Of a stretch of DNA of 64,000 nucleotides, positions 11,949 to 21,774 are shown piece after piece (within the stretch, counting starts at the first letter, position 1; each line of letters begins with the position of its first letter). Location of the stretch: positions 704,001-768,000 of the forward strand of contig CAWCFX010000001.1 of assembly GCA_963795085.1 (NCBI GenBank), read 5' to 3'. The DNA comes from an uncultured Gemmatimonadales bacterium (GTDB taxonomy: Bacteria; Gemmatimonadota; Gemmatimonadetes; Gemmatimonadales; GWC2-71-9). The position numbers and the translations under genes were made by a program. The notes beneath the pieces are model-generated. The model saw nothing but the letters and a program-made list of their open reading frames with translations, was not told where the DNA came from and ran no database searches.

Positions 11949-13013
11949 TCAGGGGGTCGGCAGGGTGGGCCACTGCTGGGTAACGCAATGAATGGCGCCC
12001 AGGCCCCAGACCAGGTCGGTGCAATCGATCCCAACCACGCGGCGTCCCGGGAAGAGGTCCTGTAACGCCTGCCGGGCGACTTCGTCCCCCGGGGAGCGGT
12101 AGGTGGGAAGGAGGACCACCTTGTTGGCGATGTAGAAGTTGGCGTAACTGGCGGGGAGGCGCTGGTCTCCCTGGTAAAGCGGGTTCGGCATCGGCAACGT
12201 CACCACCCGGAGCGGCCGGCCGTTCTGGTCCTTCATGGACGACAACCGCTGGAGATTCTCCTGCAGCGGGGCGTAGTTGGCATCGGTCGGGTCCGGTTCC
12301 ACGACGGTGACGACGGTGCGGGCATCGGTAAAGCGGGACAGGTCGTCCACATGTCCGTCGGTGTCATCTCCTTCGATACCGTCCCCCAGCCACAGAATGT
12401 GGCGTACTCCCAGGTAGTCCTTCAAGTACTGTTCGATCTGCCCGCGGGACAGGTCCGGGTTGCGGTTGGGATTGAGCAGGCACGCCTCGGTCGTGAGCAG
12501 GGTGCCCGCACCGTTGAGGTCGATCGACCCTCCCTCCATGATGATCCCCGGATGAAAGACCGGGATCCCGAACTCGGCGCCGATCCGGCTGGGAATCACG
12601 TCGTCGAGATCATAGGGCGGATACTTGTTCCCCCAGGCATTGTATCCCCAGTCCACGATCGCCTCTTCGGCCTTCTCCTCCCCCCGGCGCTGGACGAAGA
12701 TGGGCCCGTGGTCCCGGCACCAGGCGTCGTTTGTGGGGTTATGGTGAAAGAAAACCCGGTCCTTCGGGATCTCCGGGTGCTGGAGGAAGCTCCGTGCCGC
12801 AGCCTCCTCTTCGGGGCCGGCCACGTTGATGTGGACTTCCTCGTGGGGCGCCAGGTGACGGACCATTTCACCGAAAATGGCGGGCACCGGACCAAAGCGG
12901 CCCGGCCAGCTGGCTTCCTTGTGGGGCCATGAGAGCCAGGTACCCCGGTGAGGCGCCCATTCAGCCGGCATGCTGAAGCCGGCTGGGCGCTTCGCATCGG
13001 CTTGGCCGGTCAT
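11949..13013 (-). CDS. aguA: Agmatine deiminase
   Basis: Motifs MPAEW, DAWCRDHGP, EGGSI, DTDGHVD, ASYANF and GAIHCVTQQ. Confidence 0.95.
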   Translation of the reverse strand: MTGQADAKRPAGFSMPAEWAPHRGTWLSWPHKEASWPGRFGPVPAIFGEMVRHLAPHEEVHINVAGPEEEAAARSFLQHPEIPKDRVFFHHNPTNDAWCRDHGPIFVQRRGEEKAEEAIVDWGYNAWGNKYPPYDLDDVIPSRIGAEFGIPVFHPGIIMEGGSIDLNGAGTLLTTEACLLNPNRNPDLSRGQIEQYLKDYLGVRHILWLGDGIEGDDTDGHVDDLSRFTDARTVVTVVEPDPTDANYAPLQENLQRLSSMKDQNGRPLRVVTLPMPNPLYQGDQRLPASYANFYIANKVVLLPTYRSPGDEVARQALQDLFPGRRVVGIDCTDLVWGLGAIHCVTQQWPTLPTP

Positions 13014-13442
13014 TGCCGATTGCCGATCAAAGATTGCCGATCTGCCTGCGGTGCGCTCTCGGCGGTCCGATGGCTGGCCACGAAGATCGAAATCAGCTCC
13101 TCAGTCTCATCCCGAAGGTCTAGCACCATTCTTCTGTTCTATCCTCGATTGTGCTTTGAGCAGGTCACGCCAGAACTGGGTTTCGTCGCACTCCTCGATG
13201 ACAATACCCGGCGACTAACTCCTTCCTGGAGCGGGCACGGCAGGTTGACCGATAATTAGCCGCAACACTCGTTCTACTACGGAGCAACTGGTCGCGGATC
13301 ACCCGAACGGCGGAACTATATGCTGATGTTTCGGAAAAGTGAGGACGTCGAGGGCAAGCTGTTTGGTCCTGTCTCTGAGCAGGCGGCGTTTTTCGGCAGA
13401 AGTGAGACCCGGGAGGAGGCTGACTTCATCCCGATCCATCAT
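13010..13442 (-). pseudogene. Frameshifted four-helix-bundle protein gene (23S rRNA intervening-sequence protein family)
   Basis: Manual translation across about 3 frameshifts gives LRDRTKQLALDVL / VIRDQLLRSRTSVAANYRSTCRARSRKELVA / GIVIEECDETQFWRDLL / LRDETEELISIFVASHRTA. SD GGAGGT upstream; the final TGA overlaps the aguA ATG; locally lower GC. Confidence 0.8.
13012..13046. repeat. Degenerate heptamer array (ATTGCCG), inverted relative to 13531-13565
   Basis: ATTGCCG ATTGCCG ATCAAAG ATTGCCG ATCTGCC. Confidence 0.85.
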
Positions 13443-13528
13443 CAAGAGGCGCCAGTACCTCCAGGTGATAACTGCCTGGTCAACAAGCTAAAGTCTTACC
13501 ACCACTTTACGAAAATACGCATCTTTCC

Positions 13529-13566
<38 letters not shown>

Positions 13567-14445
13567 CTAATCGTCCAGATACCTCTTCGTCAGGTCCCCG
13601 TAGGCATCCACCCGCCGGTCCCGGAGAAATGGCCAATGGGTCCGGGCGGTGTCGATCAGGCCCAGGTCGCACTCCACGACCAGGGTTTCCTCCCCCTCGC
13701 CGGCCCGGGCCAGCACGGTCCCGTAGGGATCCGCGACAAAGCTGTTGCCCCAGAACTCGATGCCGCCGGCCGGGTCGCCTTCGTGGCCCACCCGGTTGAC
13801 GGCCACCACGAAGACGCCATTGGCGATCGCATGGCTTCGCTGCATCGTTTCCCAGGCGTTCTGCTGGGCCGCGCCATATTGGCTCTTCTCGGCCGGTAGC
13901 CACCCGATGGCCGTGGGATAAAAGAGCACGTGGGCGCCGTGCATCGCGGTGAGCCGGGCACCCTCGGGATACCACTGGTCCCAGCACACCAGGGTCCCGA
14001 TGGGGCCGTGGCGGGTGTTCCAGCTGCGGAAGCCGAGGTCGCCGGGCGTGAAATAGAACTTCTCGTAGAAGAGCGGATCGTCGGGGATGTGCATCTTCCG
14101 GTATTTGCCGGCCACTGTCCCGTCGGCTTCGATCATGGCCGCGGTGTTGTGGTACAGGCCTTCGGCCCGCTTTTCGAAGAGGGACGCCACGATCACCACG
14201 TTGAGCTCCCGGGCCACTTTGCCCAGCGCCTCGGTACTGGGACCGGGGATCGGCTCGGCCAACTGGAAAAAATCGTGGTTCTCGCTCTGGCAGAAATACT
14301 GGGTGCGAAACAGCTCCTGCAGGCAGATCACCTGGGCGCCCCGTGCGGCCGCATCGCGAACTCCGGCCACGGCGCGGGCGAAATTGTCGGCGGGATCGGT
14401 GGAGCACCGCATCTGGACCAGGCCGACCGTGAGAGTCTTGCTCAT
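13567..14445 (-). CDS. aguB: N-carbamoylputrescine amidase (carbon-nitrogen hydrolase)
   Basis: Nitrilase triad E-K-C (LQELF, YRKMHIPDDP, VCWDQWYPE); adjacent to aguA. Confidence 0.9.
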   Translation of the reverse strand: MSKTLTVGLVQMRCSTDPADNFARAVAGVRDAAARGAQVICLQELFRTQYFCQSENHDFFQLAEPIPGPSTEALGKVARELNVVIVASLFEKRAEGLYHNTAAMIEADGTVAGKYRKMHIPDDPLFYEKFYFTPGDLGFRSWNTRHGPIGTLVCWDQWYPEGARLTAMHGAHVLFYPTAIGWLPAEKSQYGAAQQNAWETMQRSHAIANGVFVVAVNRVGHEGDPAGGIEFWGNSFVADPYGTVLARAGEGEETLVVECDLGLIDTARTHWPFLRDRRVDAYGDLTKRYLDD

Positions 14446-14550
14446 GGAGGCAAGATAACGGCCAGTGGGTCAGTGGGTCAGGGGTCAGTGCCTGAGGCGC
14501 CATGGGCCGGACCGGGGCTGGTTGGCGCCGATGTCCCGGTACCATTATCC

Positions 14551-14622
14551 TGTCCCACTGTCCCACTGTCCCACTGTCCCACTGTCCCACTGTCCCACTG
14601 TCCCACTGTCCCACTGTCCCAC
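14551..14622. repeat. Octamer tandem repeat (TGTCCCAC)x9
   Basis: Nine exact copies (72 bp). Degenerate inverted copies (CAGTGGGT) lie at about 14463-14490. Confidence 0.97.
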
Positions 14623-14645
14623 TTCTCCGTGACCTCTCAGCGACT

Positions 14646-15728
14646 TTGACCCGATCCCTTTCCGTCACCTTCGCGCTGGCTCTGCTGACTACTGGCTCCG
14701 CGGCCGCCCAGTCAGTAGACTGGCGCACCCGGGCCACGTTTTACGCCGACAATACCGAGTTCTTTACCCCCTTCCGTACCGGCGAGACCATTCTCGGCGC
14801 CCAGTTCCAGACCTGGCTCGATCTCGGCGTAAGCCCGCGGACCCGGGTGCGTGCGGGGGTCTTTGGGGACCTCCGCTACGGCAGCGAGGAGTTCCTGGAC
14901 CCGGTCAAGCCGATCATCAGTTTCCGGTACGAGACGCCAGCCACCCTGGGTGTACTGGGGACCCTCGAAACCGGAAACCGTCACGGGTACCTGGAGCCGC
15001 TGGAAGTGTCCACCCTGGAATTCACCCGGCCGATTGAATACGGTGGCCAACTTCTTCAGCGGCGGCGCCACTGGGACATGGATCTCTTTCTGGACTGGCG
15101 GGGGCTCAACACCCCGAGCAGCCGGGAGACCTTCAACTACGGGCTGGTCCTGCGAGGGCGGCCGGCTTCGTTTCTTACACTCGAGTACCAGTTCCATGGA
15201 CTGCACCGCGGCGGCCAGCTGTACGACGCCGGGGCGCCGGTGACCAACAATACTGTCAGCGCGATCGGCGCCAGGCTGCACCATGACCTGGGCCGGATGG
15301 GGCCAGGTTCGCTGGCGGCCTTCTACCTCGCGAGCCAGGGCCATATCGACCCCAACGGGCCCGCGGGGCGCCCCGACCGGGGGCACGGCACCTGGCTCCG
15401 TGCATCGGTGATGCCGCTGGGATACATCGAGGTGTTTGGCCTGTACTGGCTGGGTCGCGATTATCACACCGACGAGGGCGACGCCAATTACAACTCGGCC
15501 GGAGCGGACCCGGCCTTCTACCGGTCCCGTCGGCGCTACGCCGAACTGGGCGCCATACGGCGAACCCGGATAGACGGGAAGGTCGAACTCGACGCCGAGT
15601 TCCGGCTCCACCGGGTGGACGACGAGGTGAGCCAGGCCCTGTTCGACAGCAAGTGGGAATACTCCTACCGGCTGGTGGTGCGGGTGCCGCTGGACCTTTC
15701 GTTGCGCGCCAGCCGGGAGCGGCCCTAG
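14646..15728 (+). CDS. Putative outer-membrane beta-barrel protein, unknown function
   Basis: Signal peptide from TTG 14646 (TRSLSVTFALALLTTGSAAA-Q) and amphipathic beta-strand pattern. The frame stays open upstream through the repeat to ATG 14502. Confidence 0.65.
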   Translation: MTRSLSVTFALALLTTGSAAAQSVDWRTRATFYADNTEFFTPFRTGETILGAQFQTWLDLGVSPRTRVRAGVFGDLRYGSEEFLDPVKPIISFRYETPATLGVLGTLETGNRHGYLEPLEVSTLEFTRPIEYGGQLLQRRRHWDMDLFLDWRGLNTPSSRETFNYGLVLRGRPASFLTLEYQFHGLHRGGQLYDAGAPVTNNTVSAIGARLHHDLGRMGPGSLAAFYLASQGHIDPNGPAGRPDRGHGTWLRASVMPLGYIEVFGLYWLGRDYHTDEGDANYNSAGADPAFYRSRRRYAELGAIRRTRIDGKVELDAEFRLHRVDDEVSQALFDSKWEYSYRLVVRVPLDLSLRASRERP

Positions 15729-15820
15729 CCGGAAACCGCGGCTGTCACGAGGCGTCCTGTTATCTTCCGGCTTCCCCGGGTCCTGCCCGCGTCCCCTTAC
15801 ATCACGACGAGGAGTCTACG

Positions 15821-17794
15821 ATGGTTCTCGGCCTGCTCATGGTGCTGCTGCAACAGCAACCGGCGACTCCGACCCGGCCTGCCTCCGGCATTTCGCGGGT
15901 TGAAATCACTCCAGCGGCCACCGAGGTGCAGGTCGGCCAGGCGCTGCAGTTGCGCGCCCGCGCACTGGATTCCACCGGGGTCGAGGTCCCGGGGGCTCGG
16001 TTCTTCTGGAACGCATCCGGCGAGGGCACCGTGGATTCCACCGGACTGGTCCAGGGCGCGTTCCGGGGCCCGCTCCAGGTGAGCGTCATGGCCACCGTGC
16101 GCGGCAAGAGCGGGCGGCTGGTCGAAACCGTCGACCTCCGGGTGGTGCCGCAGCCGGCATCCCGGGTTGTCATTACCCCGGCGCCCGCCCGGGTGCTGGC
16201 GGGAACCCGCCTCAGTCTCACGGGGGCGTCCTACAGTCCCCAGAACGATGTTCGTGGCGACGTGATCACGTTCACCTCCAGCAATCCGCGGATCGCAACG
16301 ATCACGTCCGACGGGCGGCTGAGCGCGGTGGCGCCGGGCCAGGTAACGATTACGGCCAAGGCCGGCGCCGCCACCCATGCCCATACCATCCAGGTGGTGC
16401 CGAACCCGGTGACCCGGATGGCGGTAGAACCGCAGAACTCCACCGCGCTCACCGGCGACGTGGTCCGCTTCGCCGTGAACGCCAGCACGGCCGGGGGCCG
16501 GCCAGTCAGCGGCTTCCCGGTCCGCTGGGCCGTGGCCGGGGGCGGCGGGGTGGCGCAGATCGACGAGCAGGGGACCTTCGTGGCGGAACTGCCGGGCATC
16601 TATACGGTGACCGCCTCGCTGGGCTCGACCTCCACCGATGCGGTGGTGCGGGTCGCACCCCGGCGGGTGACCCGGGGCGTGGAGGTGGTGGGCCGGGTGC
16701 CGATCGAGCACTCGAGCGCCGAGGTCTGGGCGCACCCAGGCGGTACCTGTGTGTACCTCTCCACGATATCGGACCGGGTCTACGCCATCGACGTGACCAC
16801 GACCGGCCAGCCTCGCATCGTTGACTCCATGATGGCCAATGCCCGGCTGGTCAACGATGTGATGACGACCGAAGACGGTCGCTTCGGCGTCTTCTCCCGT
16901 GAAGGCGCCTCCGACCGGAAGAACGGCATCGTCATCTTCGATGCGTCCGACCCCTGCCACCCCAAGCCGATCTCCTCCTTTACGGAGACGGTCTCCGGCG
17001 GGGTGCACTCGAGCTTCGTCTACCAGGGCCACGTGTACCTTACCGACGACGCCACCGGCTCGCTTCGGGTCATCGACATCCAGAATCCCCATGAGCCGCG
17101 GGAAGTCGGCCGGTGGCAGACCGAACAGACCGAGATCGGCCGTTACGTGCACGACGTGGACGTAAAGGACGGGCTGGCCTACCTCTCCTACTGGAACGAT
17201 GGGCTGGTGATCCTGGACGTGGGGAACGGCGTGAAGGGAGGCAGCCCCGCCAACCCGGTGTTCGTCTCCCAGATCAAGTACAACCTGGACGAGGTGTATG
17301 CCCGGGTCGACCAGATCTTCGGGCTGGGCGCCCGGGGCACTCACACCGCCTGGCGGCACAAGAACTACGTGTTCGTGGGCGACGAGGTCTACGCCGCGAG
17401 GAATTACAAAGGCATCCAGGACGGCAACAACCTGACCTTCGGGCGGCTCCACGTGTTCGACGTGTCGGACATCGCGCACCCGCGGCCGGTGGCCTGGTAC
17501 GAGCCGACCGATGGCGGCGTACACAACGTCTGGGTGGAGGGCGACACGCTCTACATGGGCGCCTACCAGGGCGGGGCCCGGATGCTGGATATCTCGGGCG
17601 AGCTGCGAGGCGACCTGCTGCGGCAGGGCCGCGAAATCTCCTGGATCTCGACGGCCGACTCCCTGGGCCAGCGTCCCCGCGCGACCTTTTCATGGGGTGC
17701 GGTGGTCAAGAACGGGAACATCTATGTCCCCGACATCAACTCCGGCCTCTGGATCCTGCGGCTGGAGCCGAAGGAGGAGCGGCTCACGCCGTGA
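15821..17794 (+). CDS. Secreted protein with Ig-like (BIG2) domains and LVIVD-repeat propeller
   Basis: SD GAGGAG; three Ig-like repeats (FTSSNPRIATITSDG); LVIVD-like repeats (LRVIDI, LVILDV, LHVFDV) with His-containing loops. Confidence 0.8.
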   Translation: MVLGLLMVLLQQQPATPTRPASGISRVEITPAATEVQVGQALQLRARALDSTGVEVPGARFFWNASGEGTVDSTGLVQGAFRGPLQVSVMATVRGKSGRLVETVDLRVVPQPASRVVITPAPARVLAGTRLSLTGASYSPQNDVRGDVITFTSSNPRIATITSDGRLSAVAPGQVTITAKAGAATHAHTIQVVPNPVTRMAVEPQNSTALTGDVVRFAVNASTAGGRPVSGFPVRWAVAGGGGVAQIDEQGTFVAELPGIYTVTASLGSTSTDAVVRVAPRRVTRGVEVVGRVPIEHSSAEVWAHPGGTCVYLSTISDRVYAIDVTTTGQPRIVDSMMANARLVNDVMTTEDGRFGVFSREGASDRKNGIVIFDASDPCHPKPISSFTETVSGGVHSSFVYQGHVYLTDDATGSLRVIDIQNPHEPREVGRWQTEQTEIGRYVHDVDVKDGLAYLSYWNDGLVILDVGNGVKGGSPANPVFVSQIKYNLDEVYARVDQIFGLGARGTHTAWRHKNYVFVGDEVYAARNYKGIQDGNNLTFGRLHVFDVSDIAHPRPVAWYEPTDGGVHNVWVEGDTLYMGAYQGGARMLDISGELRGDLLRQGREISWISTADSLGQRPRATFSWGAVVKNGNIYVPDINSGLWILRLEPKEERLTP

Positions 17795-17823
17795 GGAAGT
17801 AAACGAGTCCCGGACTCCGCGCC

Positions 17824-19761
17824 TTACGTCTTTCGGGGAGCCTTGCGGCGGCAGGTCACGGTCGCCGCGCCCTCGCGCATGGGCCAGCGCGGTGTCACGG
17901 AGTCGCCCTGCCGGGTGGTATCGAAACCCCGTTCCGACTTGGACACCGTGGTGATCTCGAATCGCCACGGTTCCGTCGCGGGTGACAGGTCCAGGGGAAG
18001 CGCCTGGGCGAGCGAGATCTCCGGGGCGAAGAACGCACCGGGAAACGCCGCGGTGTCCCACCGGTAGCCAAGCGAGAATGACCCGTCCCGCCTGAACTGG
18101 TACTCCTTTTCGTAACGCAATGGTGCCAAGTCGCCGGACTGGAGCCGGATAGTCACCGCGCCCCGGCCGGCCTTCACCTGGTGGCTCATCGCGCGCGCCG
18201 CGCCCGACCAGAGCGGGGTGAACTCGCCCTCCGTGTACTGGTCCTGCCGCAGGTCCGCGGCGAGCACCCGGTCCACGAAGAGCGCGCGATCCTCCCGGTC
18301 CATGGGCGGAAGCCGGTCGAGGCGGCCGGCGCCTTCGATATCATGGATGCTGGGCGTGCCGCCCTCGTCCTGGTGGCCTCCGTCCCCGGGACGGCGGAAG
18401 TGGTAGGACTCCCGCCGCCGGGTCAGCATGTTGGCGTAATTCAGCCGGTCCCGAAAGACGGTAAACTCCTCCATGACGCCGCCCCGCCCGGGCGCGATGA
18501 TGGCCGAATAGGCCGGCCCGTGAACCCAGATCTCCTCGAACCCGTCCCCATCGATATCCAGCAGTTCCCACCCCAGCGTATCCGATTGCCGGAGAAACTC
18601 CTCGGCGGCGGCGAGTTCCCGCCAGATCGCGTCCCGGAGGTGGGGCAGGTAGAGTCCGCCGAAGACGCCATGCCAGTACGCGTCGTTGCACTGTGCCCGC
18701 CCGATGGCGCGGCGCGCCTCCGGTGGATTGTGGCGCTCGCCGCACAGGCGGCTCAGCGCCTGCATCTTCTTGTGCATCCGGTTGGACTCCGAATACTTCA
18801 CGAAGAAGTTCCGCCAGTGCGCGCCCCGGATCATGGCCCCATCCGGCCCGGCGAGCCGGTCGGCGCCAAGCTCCCGCTCCAGTTGTTCGAAGCGGAGACC
18901 TGCCTCGGCGGGCAATGACCAGCCTTCCATTTCCCGGTAGGACGCGGTGGGGAGGTAGGCGAGCCCACCGCTGGGCACCGCCGCCCGGGCCGCGGCCAGG
19001 GTGCTCATCTGGACTTCACCGGACTCGATCAGTGCCATCATGGTGTCGAGGAACCGGGTCAGCCAGCCCTGGCCATAGACCCAGTCCTGGGTCCCCGGCC
19101 AGCCTCCGAATTTTTCGCCGTCATCCGCCAGGACTGCCAGCCGATGGCCTGCTTCCCGGAGTTCCCTGAGGTAGCTCGCCGTCTCGCCCGGCGGCCGGAA
19201 GGGAATCAGGTACCGAAGCCGTTCATCGATGGGGAAGAGCCCCACGGTCTTCCCGTCGCTCTCGGTCTGCAGGTGGGTGTGGAGCTGGTCCCGCCGGAAT
19301 CCGGTGGCGAGGAAATGCCGGTCGTCCACCAGCGCGTAATCCACGCCGGCCACGGCCAGGTCGGCGGCCAGCTCCGGTTCCCAGACGCGCTCGGTGAGCC
19401 ACAGCCCGGTGGCGGCCACCCCGAAACGGCGGGATAACGCCTCCTTCATCCATTCGACCTGCTCCACCCGGTCCCGCCGGGGAAGCGAAGCGAGCACCGG
19501 CTCGTACAGCCCCGCCAGCAGCAACTCCAGTTTGCCGTCGGCCGCCAGCCGGCCCACCTTGTCGAGGTAGGCCGGGTCGTGGTGTTCGAGCCATTCCAGC
19601 AGGGGCCCGGAGATGTGCAGGACGAGGGGGAAGAAATCACGCTCCGCCACCCGGTCCAGGAAGGGGAGGTACACATCCCGCACGTGATCCTCGAACACCT
19701 GGTCGAAGTTGCCGACCGGCTGGTGCAGGTGGAGGCCGAACGCGAAGCGAATGGGGTCCAT
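17824..19761 (-). CDS. GH57 alpha-amylase / 4-alpha-glucanotransferase
   Basis: Motifs HLHQPVGN, WLTERVWEP, DDGEKFG and AQCNDAYWHGVFGGLYLPHLR. Confidence 0.92.
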   Translation of the reverse strand: MDPIRFAFGLHLHQPVGNFDQVFEDHVRDVYLPFLDRVAERDFFPLVLHISGPLLEWLEHHDPAYLDKVGRLAADGKLELLLAGLYEPVLASLPRRDRVEQVEWMKEALSRRFGVAATGLWLTERVWEPELAADLAVAGVDYALVDDRHFLATGFRRDQLHTHLQTESDGKTVGLFPIDERLRYLIPFRPPGETASYLRELREAGHRLAVLADDGEKFGGWPGTQDWVYGQGWLTRFLDTMMALIESGEVQMSTLAAARAAVPSGGLAYLPTASYREMEGWSLPAEAGLRFEQLERELGADRLAGPDGAMIRGAHWRNFFVKYSESNRMHKKMQALSRLCGERHNPPEARRAIGRAQCNDAYWHGVFGGLYLPHLRDAIWRELAAAEEFLRQSDTLGWELLDIDGDGFEEIWVHGPAYSAIIAPGRGGVMEEFTVFRDRLNYANMLTRRRESYHFRRPGDGGHQDEGGTPSIHDIEGAGRLDRLPPMDREDRALFVDRVLAADLRQDQYTEGEFTPLWSGAARAMSHQVKAGRGAVTIRLQSGDLAPLRYEKEYQFRRDGSFSLGYRWDTAAFPGAFFAPEISLAQALPLDLSPATEPWRFEITTVSKSERGFDTTRQGDSVTPRWPMREGAATVTCRRKAPRKT

Positions 19762-19781
19762 GGGCGACTGCCGGTTGACGA

Positions 19782-21767
19782 TTACGGATGACCAGTGGTT
19801 GCGGGATTCTCGAAGCCCAGGCGTTCCGCGAGGGCTGCCAGCTCGGCGCTCGGAACCCGGCTGGCGGCCAGGCGCTCTCCAAACCGGGTCTGCGCATCGA
19901 AGGGGATGGCGAGTTCCAGCACCGAAAGCAACTCGAGGGCGCGGAAGACGGGGCTGGTTCCCCGGGTCTCCATGGCACCGATGGCGCTCACCAGGGCCCG
20001 CCGGACTGCGGCCGGGAGGTCGGTGTCGCCACTGGCGAGCGCCTGCCGCTGGTCATCGGTCAGGACCTCCTCCACCAGCTGCCGGCGGCGCGCCTGGCCC
20101 GCCAGCTGCCGGTGGCGGTCCCACAAATCGGTCGCGTTGAGCCGCCAGGCCAGGGGGGACGCCATCGCGTTCTCTGCCAAGGTAACCTCGATTTCGGTTT
20201 CCAGCAGTCCGACCCGGAACCGGTGTTCCCGGCTGGTGCGGCGATGGCGGAGTTCGATGTCCCAGGCGCCTTCGCCTGCCCTCGAGACGACTGCTGTGAA
20301 CGCTCTAGCCTGGCCCAGGGCGGGGTCGAGGCTCAGCGACCCGAGGAGCGCCAGGCCGGCCGCGTGGCGAATCTCCGGGGCGATGGCGGGCTTGGCGCGG
20401 GCCAGATAGATCTGCCGGCCATCTCCCTCCCGGGGATCATTGCTGCGCGCTTCCGCCAGCCGCCGGAGAAACTCCGCCTCGATCCGGGTGCCGTCCGGCC
20501 CGGCCAGTTCAATGGCGCGCGCGGCATACTTGAGCACCTGGACCGGTTCGATGCCGGCCAGGTCATCGAAGAACCATGCGCACGACGTGTAGACGAGCAA
20601 CGCGTGCCGCTCCAGTTCCATCAGTTCCCGGCCCCGCGGGCTCGCCCCCGCGTCCTCACCCCCGGGGTCGTACCGGTTCCGGGTCTCCCAGATATCGTCG
20701 AACAGTGCGGCCCCCTCCCGCTCGTAGATGGCGTGAATCTCTCCCGCGAGCCAATCCAGCGAGGACCGCAGCACACTGCGCCAGAGCTGGCGGGTGGGCA
20801 GGTGGGGAGCGATGCGGCAGCCGCATTCTGACCGCCAGCGCTCCACGCCGTGGGCGCAGCTCCAGCTGCTGGGCGCGTTCAGAGTCACCGGGTGGATGGC
20901 CGGGTGGCGGGCCAGCACGGTTGCAAAGTTTTCGGGAGCGGGGGAGCGCAGCTCATGAATGACCCGGGCCAGCGCCATCTCCCCGAACGTGTGGTGGTGG
21001 CCGTAGGTCTCGCCATCGGTGGCGATCGCGACGATGCCCGGCGCGTCCCCGAGCCGCGAGATCCAGCGCCGGGCGTCGCGAATCAGTTCCCCGAACGCCA
21101 CCCCGTGTGACAGATCCCCGTCGTAGAAAAACAGCGCGATCTCCCGGCCCCCGGGGGTGCGGTAGAGCCCGGGGAGGCCATGGGGAGGCAGGGGCTGGGC
21201 CTGGTGGGGCGCCAGGACGGTGAACCGGATGCCCTGTTCGGCCAGTACGTCGAGCGTCTCCTCATCCACCGCGGTTTCCGGCAGCCACATGCCCTCGGGC
21301 TCCCTCCCGAACCGGCGGGTGAAGTCGCGAATGCCCCAGCGTACTTCGGTCACCTTGTCCCGCCGGGTGCTGAGCGGAAGAATGGCGTGATGGTAGGGGT
21401 GGGCGATGGCGTTGCCATGGCCCAGGCGGGCGATGCTTTCCCGGTCTGCCTCGAGGATCGCCTGGTAGGTATCCGGTGCCTCTCTCTCCAGCCAGGTGAA
21501 GAGGGTGGGACCGAAGTTGAAGCTGCTCCAGGCCAGCGTGTTGATGATCTCGGCGATCCTGCCGGTGGGTCCCGGCAGCCGGGCCGCCGTGACCGCGCGG
21601 TACGATTCGGTCTCGATCCGCTGGTTCCAGTCGTGATAGGGCGCCGCGGTCGGCTCGGCCTCGATCTCTTCCAGCCAGGGATTCTCGCGGGGCGGCTGAT
21701 AGTAGTGGCCGTGGATGACCACTGCCGGCGCGGGGGGCGGGGTGGCGGGATCGCGGGTGCGAGTCAC
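19782..21767 (-). CDS. GH57-family protein with DUF3536 domain
   Basis: Motifs HGHYYQPPRENPW, WLPETA, TDGETYGHH, WSCAHGVERW and TSCAWFFDD. GTG start at 21767 just after the upstream stop. Confidence 0.88.
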   Translation of the reverse strand: MTRTRDPATPPPAPAVVIHGHYYQPPRENPWLEEIEAEPTAAPYHDWNQRIETESYRAVTAARLPGPTGRIAEIINTLAWSSFNFGPTLFTWLEREAPDTYQAILEADRESIARLGHGNAIAHPYHHAILPLSTRRDKVTEVRWGIRDFTRRFGREPEGMWLPETAVDEETLDVLAEQGIRFTVLAPHQAQPLPPHGLPGLYRTPGGREIALFFYDGDLSHGVAFGELIRDARRWISRLGDAPGIVAIATDGETYGHHHTFGEMALARVIHELRSPAPENFATVLARHPAIHPVTLNAPSSWSCAHGVERWRSECGCRIAPHLPTRQLWRSVLRSSLDWLAGEIHAIYEREGAALFDDIWETRNRYDPGGEDAGASPRGRELMELERHALLVYTSCAWFFDDLAGIEPVQVLKYAARAIELAGPDGTRIEAEFLRRLAEARSNDPREGDGRQIYLARAKPAIAPEIRHAAGLALLGSLSLDPALGQARAFTAVVSRAGEGAWDIELRHRRTSREHRFRVGLLETEIEVTLAENAMASPLAWRLNATDLWDRHRQLAGQARRRQLVEEVLTDDQRQALASGDTDLPAAVRRALVSAIGAMETRGTSPVFRALELLSVLELAIPFDAQTRFGERLAASRVPSAELAALAERLGFENPATTGHP

Positions 21768-21774
21768 CTGGTGC

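Noticed and set aside
13010..13442. Four-helix-bundle relic as the Avd gene of a diversity-generating retroelement
   Set aside because: No reverse transcriptase and no TR/VR repeat pair are visible in the window, and the motifs fit the IVS-protein type better.
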